64,000 nucleotides of DNA, from assembly GCA_963823665.1 (NCBI GenBank), contig CAWGMQ010000010.1:1440001-1504000 (forward strand). The letters run 5' to 3'. This document shows positions 1-10,088 of this stretch, in pieces. The notes below the pieces were generated by a model, which worked only from the letters and a program-made list of their open reading frames with translations, ran no database searches and was not told where the DNA came from. Numbering within the stretch: position 1 is the stretch's first letter; every line of letters begins with the position of its first letter. The position numbers were made by a program, and so were the translations under genes. The stretch is from an uncultured Planctomycetota bacterium. GTDB taxonomy: Bacteria > Planctomycetota > Planctomycetia > Isosphaerales > Isosphaeraceae.

Positions 1-2
1 GC

Positions 3-536
3 ATGACCAAGCTGTCGACGCTCCAGCTCCGGAGTGCCGCAATTACGGATGCTGGGTTGGCGCATCTGGAGGGTCTGACCAACCTCAGGGCGCTCGCTGT
101 TTTTGACACACGAATCACGGGCGCCGGGCTCGTTCATCTGAAAGGGTTGAGCAAGCTTTCGGGCCTCTTTCTCAGAAGCTCGCAAATCGACGGCAACGGG
201 CTCGAGCACCTGAGCGGGCTGGCCGGCCTCACGTCGCTTAGCCTCATTGGATCGCCGGTGACCGATGCGGGGTTAGCGCATTGCAAGGACCTGACCAGGC
301 TTCGTGACTTCAGCCTCGATGGCGCGCAGATCTCTGACGCCGGAGTTGCGAATTTGAGCGGGCTGACGAGCATCGCCATGCTCTCGCTCTCCGGCACGAA
401 GGTCTCCGACACAGGATTGGTGCACCTGAAGGGGTTGACCAAGCTGACCAGCCTCAACCTCGGCGGCACTCGAGTTACTGACGCTGGAGTGAAAGAACTA
501 CAGAAAGCTTTGCTGCGCCTGGAGATCTCCCGCTGA
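3..536 (+). CDS. Leucine-rich repeat protein (5' end outside the window)
   Basis: 24-aa LRR units LxxLxLxxxxITDAGLxHLxGL; C-terminal cap VTDAGVKELQKAL shared with the next gene. Confidence 0.9.
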   Translation: MTKLSTLQLRSAAITDAGLAHLEGLTNLRALAVFDTRITGAGLVHLKGLSKLSGLFLRSSQIDGNGLEHLSGLAGLTSLSLIGSPVTDAGLAHCKDLTRLRDFSLDGAQISDAGVANLSGLTSIAMLSLSGTKVSDTGLVHLKGLTKLTSLNLGGTRVTDAGVKELQKALLRLEISR

Positions 537-689
537 TCTGCGGCCCGTGCAAACGGCATCGAATCGTCCCTGTTGCAGGCGCGAGTTGAATCGCAACCGA
601 TGGAATGAAACGCGCGAGTACTTGGTATGATCTGAGCCGGCGGAGCGAATCGCCTTCGAAGGGCCCCGGATCCCGGGAGAATTTCGACG
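537..689 (+). repeat. Duplicated 153-bp intergenic spacer, copy 1
   Basis: Same length as, and clearly homologous to, 2001-2153 (tct.cggcccgtgcaa.cggcat.gaatc...); contains TGGTATGAT at 623-631. Confidence 0.85.
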
Positions 690-2000
690 ATGCCGGCCAA
701 ATTCGGCCCACTTCCCTGGCGAAGATTCTTGCGATTCAGCGTGCTTGGGCTGATCGTCGTTTTGCTGATCGGTGGATGGCTTGGGTGGTTCGTGCGAAGC
801 GCGCGTATTCAGCGCGAGGCGGTGGCTGCGATCCGCAAGGACGGCAATTTCGTCAAATACAACTGGGAGTGGAAGAATGGGAGTGTCGTTGGCCCGCCTG
901 GAAATTCCCGAGCACTACGCCGCCTGGTCGATCTTCTGGGGATCGACTATTTCGGCCATGTCACGTCCGTCTGGCTCCGAGATACCACCCCTACCGCGAT
1001 CGCGCACGTCGCGCGTCTCGAACTTCTCGAGCAACTCCGCCTCGATGGTTCTCCAAAGTTCGGTGATCGGTCCAACATCGACGATTATCTGGCGCAGTTA
1101 AGCGGCCTGACTGAGCTCACCGAGCTCGGCCTTGGCCGCTTGCGCATCACCGACGCCGGAGTCGCGCATCTGAAAAACATGACGAAGATGTCGAAGCTCC
1201 ACCTCTACCAAGCCGAACTTACCGATGGTGGGCTGGCGCATCTGCGGGGGATGACCGAACTCACAGAACTCGACCTCGGCCAGACGCACGTAACCGATGC
1301 AGGGCTAGCGCGCCTGAAACACTTGACGAAGCTGTCGAAGCTGCGCCTCCGCGGCGACAAGCTTACCGATGCAGGACTCGCGCAACTGCACGGCATGACT
1401 GAACTCACGGAGCTCGACCTTGGCGTCGCGCCGGTTACCGATGAAGGGCTAGCCCATCTGAAAGACATGACCAAGCTGTCGTCGCTGCACGTCTGGAGTG
1501 ACAAAATTACCGATGAAGGGCTGGCGCATCTGGAGGATCTGACCAACCTCTCGACTCTGGTTCTGAACGACACGCGAGTCACCGACGCAGGGCTCGCACA
1601 TCTGAAAGGGCTGACCAAGCTTTCGGCGCTCGTCCTCGAAGGTTCGCAAATCGACGGCACTGGGCTTGAGCACCTCGGCGGGATGGCCGGCCTAGGACTA
1701 CTCAGCCTCAACATATCGCCGGTGACCGATGCGGGCTTGGCGCATTGCAAGGGGCTAACCAGTCTCCGCGACTTGAGCCTGGACTACACGCAGATCTCCG
1801 ACGCTGGACTTGCGCACTTGAGCGGGCTGACGAACCTCGACATGCTCTCCCTCTGGGACACTAAAATCACCGACGCCGGATTGGTTCATTTGAAAGGGCT
1901 GACCAAGCTGACCAGCCTCAACCTCTACGGCACTCAGGTCACCGACGCTGGAGTGAAAGAACTACAGCAAGCTTTGCCGCGCCTGGATATCTCGCGCTGA
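690..2000 (+). CDS. Membrane-anchored leucine-rich repeat protein
   Basis: N-terminal RRFLRFSV plus a hydrophobic helix, then QREAVAAI...YNW, then many 24-aa LRRs. Confidence 0.93.
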   Translation: MPAKFGPLPWRRFLRFSVLGLIVVLLIGGWLGWFVRSARIQREAVAAIRKDGNFVKYNWEWKNGSVVGPPGNSRALRRLVDLLGIDYFGHVTSVWLRDTTPTAIAHVARLELLEQLRLDGSPKFGDRSNIDDYLAQLSGLTELTELGLGRLRITDAGVAHLKNMTKMSKLHLYQAELTDGGLAHLRGMTELTELDLGQTHVTDAGLARLKHLTKLSKLRLRGDKLTDAGLAQLHGMTELTELDLGVAPVTDEGLAHLKDMTKLSSLHVWSDKITDEGLAHLEDLTNLSTLVLNDTRVTDAGLAHLKGLTKLSALVLEGSQIDGTGLEHLGGMAGLGLLSLNISPVTDAGLAHCKGLTSLRDLSLDYTQISDAGLAHLSGLTNLDMLSLWDTKITDAGLVHLKGLTKLTSLNLYGTQVTDAGVKELQQALPRLDISR

Positions 2001-2153
2001 TCTACGGCCCGTGCAATCGGCATGGAATCCTCCCTGCTGTATCGCGCGAGTGGAGTCGCAATCGATTGAATGAAGCGCGCGCGTAATTGGTATAATTTGA
2101 TCCGCGGAGCGAATCGCCGCCGAAGAGTGTCGAATCCCAGAGAGTGTCGACCA
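2001..2153 (+). repeat. Duplicated 153-bp intergenic spacer, copy 2
   Basis: Homologous to 537-689. Confidence 0.85.
2066..2096 (+). promoter_or_regulatory. Putative sigma70 extended -10 promoter
   Basis: TGGTATAAT at 2088-2096 with TTGAAT 19 bp upstream of TATAAT; the -10 is conserved as TGGTATGAT in the paralogous spacer. Confidence 0.55.
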
Positions 2154-3128
2154 ATGTCGGCCAAATTCGGCCCACGTCCCTGGCGAAGATTCCTGCGCTT
2201 CAACGTGCGGGGATTGGTCGTTCTCGTGCTCGTCATTGGCGGGTGGCTTGGCTGGCTCGTTCGAAGCGCGCACATCCAGCGCGACGCGGTGGCGGCGATC
2301 ACGAAAGCCGGGGGAATTGTGTCTTATGACTGGAACTCCGGCAGGGGGACGTTGAAGCCGGCACGGAAACCTTGGGCGCCGTGCTGGCTCGTGGATCTTA
2401 TTGGAGTCGACTATTTCGGTCACGTCACCGAAGTCACGCTTTATGAGAAGGGAACCGATGCCGTGATGCGACACGTCGCGTGGCTTTCGCAGGTCGAGCG
2501 ATTGATTCTCGATCAATCACCAGTCAGCCGCGACGTCGCGCTGAACGGGCTCACCTTCCTCGAGGTCAAGGACACACGTGTTACCGACGCCGGGCTGGCG
2601 CATCTCAAGGGGCTGACCAAGCTCTCCTACCTGATCCTCGACGACACTCCTATCACCGACATCGGGCTGGCGCATTTGAAGGATCTGAGCAATCTCTCCG
2701 TCCTTGACCTTGGAAACACGAATGTCACCGATGCCGGGCTGATGCATCTGAAGGGGTTGACGAAGCTGTCCCATCTCGACCTTCGCGGCACCGTAGTAAC
2801 CGATGCCGGGCTGGCGCATCTCGCGGGGCTGACCACGCTCGAAGAGCTGCTTCTCGGCGGGAAATCGTTCACCGACGCCGGACTCGTGCATTTGAGAGGA
2901 TTGACCAACCTCAGCACGCTCGACCTCGACGGCGCTGTGATCACCGACGCCGGGCTCGCACATTTAAAGGGGTTAAGCAAGCTCGCCGACCTAGACCTCA
3001 GCTTCACGCAGGTCACCGATGAGGGGCTCAAGCACCTGAAAGGGTTAACCAAGCTCTCTGGCCTCGAGGTTGACGGCACTGCTGTCACGGAGTCTGGAAC
3101 GAAGGAGCTCAGGGAAGCGCTGCCTTGA
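2154..3128 (+). CDS. Membrane-anchored leucine-rich repeat protein
   Basis: MSAKFGPRPWRRFLRF start matches the upstream paralogue; 24-aa LRRs. Confidence 0.92.
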   Translation: MSAKFGPRPWRRFLRFNVRGLVVLVLVIGGWLGWLVRSAHIQRDAVAAITKAGGIVSYDWNSGRGTLKPARKPWAPCWLVDLIGVDYFGHVTEVTLYEKGTDAVMRHVAWLSQVERLILDQSPVSRDVALNGLTFLEVKDTRVTDAGLAHLKGLTKLSYLILDDTPITDIGLAHLKDLSNLSVLDLGNTNVTDAGLMHLKGLTKLSHLDLRGTVVTDAGLAHLAGLTTLEELLLGGKSFTDAGLVHLRGLTNLSTLDLDGAVITDAGLAHLKGLSKLADLDLSFTQVTDEGLKHLKGLTKLSGLEVDGTAVTESGTKELREALP

Positions 3129-3187
3129 CTCTCGATCAACCATGATTAACGTGGCGCTCAGGCTCTTTGAGCAAGACGCCAAGAACT

Positions 3188-3595
3188 TCAGAGCTCTTCG
3201 ATCTGACTCGCCTTGCCCGAATCAAGCTTGGCTCCGCACTTCGAGCAAAATCGGGTGGGGGAGAACCAGTTGTGGTCCACGATCGTGGCTCCGCACTTAC
3301 CGCAGAATTTCGTGAACTTCAGGTTCAAGTAGCAGATCAGTGTTAGCGCCGGCACCACGAAGACCAACATCCAGAGTGAAGCGAACGAATTTGACCCAGC
3401 AACCGTCATCGCGGAGACGAACAGCACGAACAGAACGCCAGTGAGCACGATGTATCGCGGAAACCACTTCCGTTTGAACGCGGCGTCACGGCTGAGAAAG
3501 AAGACGATGAAACCGGTGACTCCCAAGACAACCCACGTGGCGACGAACAACACGGGCACGATACCGGCAAAGTTGCGCGCTGCGATCTCGTTCAT
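3188..3595 (-). CDS. Small membrane protein with C-terminal zinc ribbon
   Basis: Three hydrophobic helices followed by CGKC...CSKC. Confidence 0.75.
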   Translation of the reverse strand: MNEIAARNFAGIVPVLFVATWVVLGVTGFIVFFLSRDAAFKRKWFPRYIVLTGVLFVLFVSAMTVAGSNSFASLWMLVFVVPALTLICYLNLKFTKFCGKCGATIVDHNWFSPTRFCSKCGAKLDSGKASQIEEL

Positions 3596-3696
3596 GTGGT
3601 CGCTCCGCGTTTATCAGAGGGCCATCCTCATGCTCTGCGCTTCACAAGATCGGAATACAAGGGGCTGGCGCTTGTGAACGGTAGGAACGAGGGCGG

Positions 3697-3725
3697 GGAC
3701 GCACTTTCGCGGAGCGAAAGGCGAC
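3697..3725. repeat. REP-like palindrome
   Basis: ggacgcactttcgcggagcgaaaggcgac (hairpin ctttcgc/gcgaaag), identical to 33016-33044. Confidence 0.8.
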
Positions 3726-3948
3726 TTTACCGGCTTCCCGGCGGTCGAGACCAGCGCGGTTCTCCGCGATCTTGTCCCAGCGATTCAAAGGCTTTGCAAA
3801 CCCGTCTCAACTGGCTAAGATGCTTTTCCGTCAGGATATTCGGCGGCTGTTGGACTGGCCGCGCGGACCGCCTCCGGGCCGTTCTGACGTGCGTCTCAAT
3901 CGCCATCAGCCCACTGGACAAACCCGCAATGGAGACAACGCGGCGATC

Positions 3949-5655
3949 ATGGTGAAAACACTCTCGATGGTCGGCTGGCTCTTACTCGCCCTGATCGGGG
4001 CAACAAGCACAATGTCGAAGGCAAGTGAACCGAACTCCCTGGACGACCCCATCGCCGCGGCTCGCGAGTTCATCGCCGAGCACGAGAAAACCGTGCGCCC
4101 GCTCGAGTATGCCGCGGCGCTCGCCTGGTGGAATGCCAACATCAGCGGGAAAGACGAGGATTTCGAGGCCAAGGAACGAGCGCAGAACCGGCTCGACGCG
4201 GCGCTTTCCGACCATGAGAAGTTTGCACGGCTCAAGACGCTCAAGGAAGCCTCGATCGCAGACCCACTCCTGGCTCGCCAGATCGCGGTGCTCTACCTCG
4301 GTTATCTGGAAAAGCAGGTCGATCCCGAGCTGCTGCGCCAGATGACGGCCAAGGCCAATGCCATCGAGAAGGACTTCAATGCGTACCGCGCCAAGGTGGG
4401 CGGCCGGACGCTCGCCGATAGTGACGTTCGCCGGATCCTCAAGGACTCGCGCGACTCCGCGGAGCGCAAGGCTGTCTGGGAAGCGAGCAAGGGAGTTGGC
4501 CCGGTCGTCGAGAGCGAGCTCAAGGCGCTCGTCAAGCTGCGCAACGAGTCGGCCCGCAAGCTCGGGCACGCCAATTATCAAGCTCTTCAGCTCTATCTCA
4601 ACGAGCAATCAGTCGCGCAGGTCCTCAAGCTCTTTGACGAGCTGGACGAGCTGACACGCGAGCCCTTCCGCAAGCTGAAAGGCGAGATCGATGCCAAGCT
4701 CGCCGAGCAGTGCCGCGTCACGGTCGACGAGCTGCGCCCGTGGCATTATCACGACCCGTTCTTCCAGGAATCGCCGGCGATTTTTGCAGCCGACTTCGAC
4801 TCCGTTTACGCCAGGGCCGATATCCTCAAACTCTGCCGCGATTTCTACGCCGGCATCGGCCTGCCGATCGACGACGTGATCGCCCGCAGCGACCTTTACG
4901 AAAAACCGGGGAAGAGCCCGCACGCATTTTGCACTGACATCGACCGGAAAGGCGACGTGCGCGTGCTCGCCAACATCGTGCCCAACGAATACTGGATGGG
5001 CACCATGCTCCACGAGCTGGGCCACTCGGTCTACAGCAGCAAGAACATCCCGCCCTCTGTTCCCTACATTCTCCGCACGGATGCCCACATCCTCACAACC
5101 GAGGGAATCGCCATGCTCTTCGAGCGGTTCTCGATGGACGCTGACTGGTTGACCGGGATGGGTGTGCACGTCTCCGACCCTGCGGCGTTCGACCGCGCCG
5201 GGGCCAAGATGCACCGCGCCAAGCTGCTGGTTTTCTCACGCTGGGCCCAGGTGATGTTCCGGTTCGAGAAAGGGCTCTACGAGAATCCCGATCAGGACTT
5301 GAACACGCTCTGGTGGGATCTGGTCGAGCGGTATCAACTGGTGCGCCGGGGCGAGGGTCGCAACCTGCCCGACTACGCCAGCAAGATTCATATCGTGAGT
5401 GCGCCTGTCTATTACCACAATTATTTGATGGGCGAGCTGTTTGCCGACCAGGTGCTCGCGGCGATTGCTCGAGACGTGCTGCACGGAGTCGAGCCGTCGC
5501 GGGCGAGCTTTGTCGGCAACAAGGCCGTCGGGGAGTTCTTGAAGACCCGTGTCTTCGCACCGGGCCGGTCGCTCGACTGGAACGGCCTCACTCGCCACGC
5601 AACCGGTGCCGACTTGAGCGCCAAGGCGTTCGCCGCCGAGATCGCCGCGGAATGA
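3949..5655 (+). CDS. Secreted M2/M3-type (gluzincin) metallopeptidase, peptidyl-dipeptidase A-like
   Basis: Signal-peptide-like N-terminus, HELGH zinc motif, downstream TEGIA, and HI...PVYYHNY. Confidence 0.9.
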   Translation: MVKTLSMVGWLLLALIGATSTMSKASEPNSLDDPIAAAREFIAEHEKTVRPLEYAAALAWWNANISGKDEDFEAKERAQNRLDAALSDHEKFARLKTLKEASIADPLLARQIAVLYLGYLEKQVDPELLRQMTAKANAIEKDFNAYRAKVGGRTLADSDVRRILKDSRDSAERKAVWEASKGVGPVVESELKALVKLRNESARKLGHANYQALQLYLNEQSVAQVLKLFDELDELTREPFRKLKGEIDAKLAEQCRVTVDELRPWHYHDPFFQESPAIFAADFDSVYARADILKLCRDFYAGIGLPIDDVIARSDLYEKPGKSPHAFCTDIDRKGDVRVLANIVPNEYWMGTMLHELGHSVYSSKNIPPSVPYILRTDAHILTTEGIAMLFERFSMDADWLTGMGVHVSDPAAFDRAGAKMHRAKLLVFSRWAQVMFRFEKGLYENPDQDLNTLWWDLVERYQLVRRGEGRNLPDYASKIHIVSAPVYYHNYLMGELFADQVLAAIARDVLHGVEPSRASFVGNKAVGEFLKTRVFAPGRSLDWNGLTRHATGADLSAKAFAAEIAAE

Positions 5656-5673
5656 CGTCAGCGAAGGGTCTGG

Positions 5674-6420
5674 TCAGCCGACAGGCTGTGAGAGGCCAGT
5701 GCGGGCCTGGTTCTTGGTCTCGATCGCTCGAGCCGGGTTGCGATCGGTCTGTTGAATCAGGACGCGCAAGCTTCGTCCAAGATCGATGACCAGGATGATG
5801 AGCACGGTCGCCGAGAGCGACAGGAGCAGGAATGCGATCGTGCCGACGCAGCCGATGATGAGAGCAGTGATCGAGGAGCTGAGGATATGGCCTGCGACGA
5901 GCGCGCTCAAGAGCAGGAAGCCCAGAACGGCAAGCGACGAGGCGGCAAAACCGAGGACGACGTAGAAATGAACCCGTCCCCAGGACTCGATGACTTTGTA
6001 ATACCGCGGAACCACCAGCGCGGATTCCGAGCTTTCGGATTCGAACGCCGGAACAGTCTCGACCTCGTCCGAGCCTTCAGCCGCGGACGTGAAAGCCGGC
6101 AGCTCGACCTGCGAGTCGTCCGGGTCGCCTCCGAGCACGGCGGATGAAGTCGCCTGCTGCCAGTCCGATTGCGGCGGCGACTGGAATACCGGGTGATCGT
6201 CGTCCGTGTCGACCTCAGTCCTTGAACGGACCCGCTCGTGGACGAGCCGCGCAATCGCGCCGGCGACTGCCAGGTCTGATTGATCCAGCCCGTTCGTCAC
6301 TGGCGTCCGGTCAATCTTGAATCGAGCCCCGCAGGGGCGGCAACGAACCGTCTGCGATACGCGACCCCGGCTATCCGGAGCGTTCCCTTCACGTCCGCAG
6401 CTCGGGCAGCGGATGATCAT
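5674..6420 (-). CDS. Zinc-ribbon membrane protein
   Basis: N-terminal CPSC...CRPC, acidic linker, two C-terminal TM helices. Confidence 0.75.
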   Translation of the reverse strand: MIIRCPSCGREGNAPDSRGRVSQTVRCRPCGARFKIDRTPVTNGLDQSDLAVAGAIARLVHERVRSRTEVDTDDDHPVFQSPPQSDWQQATSSAVLGGDPDDSQVELPAFTSAAEGSDEVETVPAFESESSESALVVPRYYKVIESWGRVHFYVVLGFAASSLAVLGFLLLSALVAGHILSSSITALIIGCVGTIAFLLLSLSATVLIILVIDLGRSLRVLIQQTDRNPARAIETKNQARTGLSQPVG

Positions 6421-6949
6421 GGATCCGAGTATCCTTCTGTGTGGCCACGATCGAAAGCCCAAACGGAGAGGAACTCTATCGTGTTTAACGGAGAGCGAAT
6501 CCGTTATAGAAGACAAGTGAACCAAAAGCAACAAACTGCTTCGCTTAAATCGGCTATTCCGCGCCAACCATATCTTCTTAATCGGAAGATCCACGACTCT
6601 TTCGTCCAAAGGCGAACAAAGGATAGGTTTTTATTGGCTAGTAATGGGCCCGAGCGCTGCGGTGCTGGGCAACGATGAGATGAGATAATGATCTCCGGGC
6701 GGCGAGCCCCTGGGTCACGAGGGCGTTTCGCACGGTGAGAGGCGTGAAGAGGCCGCAGAACCGGCCGAACACCACGTCGACAGGATGCCCACGGGTGCTG
6801 ACCATGAAGTCGACGTGCTCGGCGCTTTGGTTATCCCGCAGAACACCGGCCGAAGGATACGAGGATTTTGCCGAATCTGCGGAAAGTACCCAATGTGTTG
6901 CCAAAACACAATGGTTGCCATCAAGTGTTGCATACGTGGAGTTGCCAAA

Positions 6950-8329
6950 TCACAACAAAGTGCCGCGGAGGAGCACTATGGCGATGCTGAAGTAGATAAT
7001 CAGCCCGGTGACGTCGACGAGAGTCGCCACGAACGGCGCGGAGGAGGTTGCCGGGTCGAATCCAAGTCGCCGCAGCAGGAATGGAAGCATCGAGCCGGTC
7101 AGGGTTCCCCAGACGACGACACCGATGAGCGAGAAGCTGACCGTCATACCGACCAGGATCCAGTGTGGTCCGTAGATGTTCGAGAACGCGTTCCAGGCGG
7201 CGATCCGGACGAAACCGATCGAGCCCAGGATACATCCGAGCAACACGCCTGCGAGCAGCTCGCGGCGCATCACGCGCCACCAGTCCTTGAGCCCGACTTC
7301 GCCGAGCGCCAGGGCGCGGATGATCAAGGTGGCGGCTTGCGAGCCGGAGTTGCCACCGCTCGAGATGATCAGCGGCACGAAAAGCGCGAGCACGACGGCG
7401 CGGGCGATCTGCTTCTCGAAGAAGCCCATGGCCGTCGCGGTGAGCATCTCGCCCACGAACAGGATCACGAGCCAGCTTGCCCGCTTGCGGATCATCGCCG
7501 GCAGGGGCGTGCTCATGTAGGGCTCGTCGAGCGCTTCCAGGCCGCCGAAGCGCTGCAAGTCGCGGGTGGCTTCCTGTTCGGCGACGTCGAGCACGTCGTC
7601 GAGCGTGACGATCCCTGCCATCCGTCCCTGGGTGTCCACCACCGGCAGCGCGGTCCTGTCGTACTTGCCGAAGACTTCCACGGCCTTCTTGCGGCCGTCG
7701 GTGACGCAGAGACTCACGAACTCGTTGTCCATCAGATCCGAGACATGGGCGTGCAGGGGCGCGAGCAGAATCTCGCGAATCCGCAGGTCATCGACGAGCT
7801 TGTTGTGCTCGTCCGTGATGTAGATCACATTCAAGGTCTCACGGTCGCGGCCGTGGGCGCGGATGTGGTCGAGCACGTGCCGGATGGTCCATTCCCGGCG
7901 CACGACCAGGTAGTCGGGAGTCATCAGCCTGCCCACGCTGTCCTCGCGATATTCGAGCAAAGCCCGGGCGATCGCGCGCTCACTCTGATCGAGCAGGTTG
8001 AGGAATCGCTCGGCCTGTTCCGAAGGCATCTCGGCGAGGAGGGCCGTCCGGTCGTCGGGAGCCATCTCGTTCAAGACGAATCGGGACTCGTCTTCCGAGA
8101 AGGTGGTCAAGACGGTCTGCTGGGTGTCCAGATCCAGATAGGCAATGGTCTCTGCCGCTCGTTTGGGCTGGACGAGCCGCAGCACCTGAACACGCTCGGG
8201 GCCCGACAGCGCATCGGCGAGCTCGGCAAGGTCGGCGGGCAGCCAGCGGTTGAGTGCCTCGCGGAGCGTGTTGTCGTCGCCGGTGGCGAGCAGCTCGCGA
8301 ATCGATGGCAGCGCGAGCTTTCCCAGCAT
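6950..8329 (-). CDS. mgtE: Magnesium transporter MgtE
   Basis: MgtE N-domain, CBS pair, PLIISSGGNSGSQ and PFVATLVDVTG motifs. Confidence 0.95.
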   Translation of the reverse strand: MLGKLALPSIRELLATGDDNTLREALNRWLPADLAELADALSGPERVQVLRLVQPKRAAETIAYLDLDTQQTVLTTFSEDESRFVLNEMAPDDRTALLAEMPSEQAERFLNLLDQSERAIARALLEYREDSVGRLMTPDYLVVRREWTIRHVLDHIRAHGRDRETLNVIYITDEHNKLVDDLRIREILLAPLHAHVSDLMDNEFVSLCVTDGRKKAVEVFGKYDRTALPVVDTQGRMAGIVTLDDVLDVAEQEATRDLQRFGGLEALDEPYMSTPLPAMIRKRASWLVILFVGEMLTATAMGFFEKQIARAVVLALFVPLIISSGGNSGSQAATLIIRALALGEVGLKDWWRVMRRELLAGVLLGCILGSIGFVRIAAWNAFSNIYGPHWILVGMTVSFSLIGVVVWGTLTGSMLPFLLRRLGFDPATSSAPFVATLVDVTGLIIYFSIAIVLLRGTLL

Positions 8330-8458
8330 CGCTTTTCGTCCGGTTGTCCTGCGGGATAGGGCGAGTTCGACAGCGTGGACCAAGGTGGCCATGCACAGGC
8401 ATCGAGCGTACTGCCCGGGACGTCCCGGGGCCAGCCTGATAACCGGCAGGTTGACGAT

Positions 8459-8545
8459 TTAGTCTGTCACAGCAGAGTAAAGCTTCACCGCGAGCTGGTG
8501 CTTCTGGATGATGAGCGTTCCCTGCCAGATCGCGCGTACGGTCAC
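8459..8545 (-). pseudogene. 28-codon N-terminal remnant of a Ku (NHEJ) gene
   Basis: RAIWQGTL...AVKLYSAV resembles the Ku N-terminus RAIWKGxIxFGLVxIPVKLYSA; GGAG RBS and GTG start, then a premature TAA. Confidence 0.65.
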
Positions 8546-8606
8546 CTCGCTCCACCTTTCACTCTGCCGGTCGCGATTCCCCCGATACCGGCTGAGATCG
8601 CCAGCA

Positions 8607-9461
8607 TCACGATGAGTGCGCCGGCACGGCGTCTGCAGGAACGCCGTCCTCGTCGAGCGGTAGAAGTACGTCACGAGTCTGGAGCCTCGGAATCAAGCCT
8701 CGGCTCTGGAGCGTCTCACGAACGAAGAGAAACGCGTCTCCCGCCGCGGAAACGTCGGGATAGCTCAGCCAGCCAACGAAGCGGCCATCTTCGATTTGTG
8801 ACCTGGCCGCGACGACAGACCCCGTGCGTAGCTGCCCGAAGAGCTCGATCAATGTATGCAGAGTCTCGCCGGATGAGGGAAACTCAACCGCGCGATCTAC
8901 CAGCGCATGCGGCGGCCATGATATGACCATGCACACGCTGAGAGTGGCGTCATCCGCCTCTTGTGTCAACGAGAACGGGCCCACCGCATCCTTCTCATAC
9001 CGGGTCCAGACCAGCTCGACGTTGACGCGGCGTAGCTCATCTGGTTCCGGCCGGAAGTCTCCCGACTCGTGGGATGCTCGAGCCGGCTCCTCGTCCGCAA
9101 CGGCATCAGATCGGGGACCCGTATCGTCTACCGGGGCCGCATGGGTGCTCTCCCAGCGAGGAGCCGAGGAATCGGCCCGGCTGGAGGATGCACCTCGAGC
9201 CCAGCTCCAGCGTTGTTCCTGATCTGGAGCCGGGCCGCCCGGCGCCCGCTGCTCCCACGGATGAGATGATTGTACGCTCGCGGTTGTCTTCAGGACCTCA
9301 TAGGCCCGTGCCACCATGCGGAACGCCCATTCGTCGCCACCCGCATCGGGGTGGTGCTTTTTCGATTTCGCATGATAAGCCTCTCGAATCTCGTCCGGCG
9401 AGGCGCCAAGGCTGACGCCCAGCACCGTGCGCGGATCCAGTGAAAATGCGTGACAGCTCAT
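8607..9461 (-). CDS. J-domain (DnaJ-like) protein
   Basis: N-terminal VLGV...IREAY...HPD...AYEVL J-domain. Confidence 0.88.
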   Translation of the reverse strand: MSCHAFSLDPRTVLGVSLGASPDEIREAYHAKSKKHHPDAGGDEWAFRMVARAYEVLKTTASVQSSHPWEQRAPGGPAPDQEQRWSWARGASSSRADSSAPRWESTHAAPVDDTGPRSDAVADEEPARASHESGDFRPEPDELRRVNVELVWTRYEKDAVGPFSLTQEADDATLSVCMVISWPPHALVDRAVEFPSSGETLHTLIELFGQLRTGSVVAARSQIEDGRFVGWLSYPDVSAAGDAFLFVRETLQSRGLIPRLQTRDVLLPLDEDGVPADAVPAHSS

Positions 9462-10087
9462 GTTTGCTCCGCGAGGGTTGGTAGCCTGGGGCCAGCGTCT
9501 TTCTGAACCAAGTTCGGGCCGGACACCGGCGCCGGAGCTTCGCCGGCTGCGTGCTCGGCGGCTGCGGTGTCATCGGCTTTATCTTCAATCTCGTTTTGAA
9601 TCTGGCGGACGATCTCGGCGTGCTTCGTCTCTGCCTCGAATGCCCGTCCGTTGTTACATTTGTGCAGACCGAGCCCGGAGTGCTCGCAGAGAAGCCGCAA
9701 AAGACGGAGGATTTCTGTCGTCTCTTGCTCCGCGAGCATATTGATTTGCAGATCGAGATGATTGCGCCGCTCGCTCAGTTTTGCTTGCCGGTTCTGGCTC
9801 ATCATCAGGATTGGCGCGGCGTAAGCGGCCTGGAATGCGAGCACAAGATTCAGGAGTACAAATGGATAAGGATCCCAATGCTCGATCCAGGCGGCCAGGT
9901 TGAAAGCGATCCATACAAGCAGGGTCGCCGACTGCACGACGAGAAACGTCCAGCTTCCGACCCAGGCCGCCAGCCGATCGGCCACGCGCTCCCAGCGGGT
10001 CCGGACCTGGGCCTCGGCCTTCTCCATCTCGGCGATGATCGCCACGTTTCGGCGCGTGAGCTCTTCGATCGACTTCTCGGGTTCCAT
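9458..10087 (-). CDS. DUF1003-like membrane protein
   Basis: GSWTF...WDPYPFVLLNLVLAFQAAYAAPILMMSQNRQ signature. Confidence 0.9.
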   Translation of the reverse strand: MEPEKSIEELTRRNVAIIAEMEKAEAQVRTRWERVADRLAAWVGSWTFLVVQSATLLVWIAFNLAAWIEHWDPYPFVLLNLVLAFQAAYAAPILMMSQNRQAKLSERRNHLDLQINMLAEQETTEILRLLRLLCEHSGLGLHKCNNGRAFEAETKHAEIVRQIQNEIEDKADDTAAAEHAAGEAPAPVSGPNLVQKDAGPRLPTLAEQT

Positions 10088-10088
10088 C

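Noticed and set aside
6785..8359. 524-aa plus-strand ORF, and similar long antisense ORFs at 53228-54640, 57901-59184 and 46559-48067
   Set aside because: Antisense shadows of well-supported genes in high-GC DNA
8330..8460. Mg2+ (M-box) riboswitch upstream of mgtE
   Set aside because: No recognisable M-box consensus by eye; needs an Rfam search
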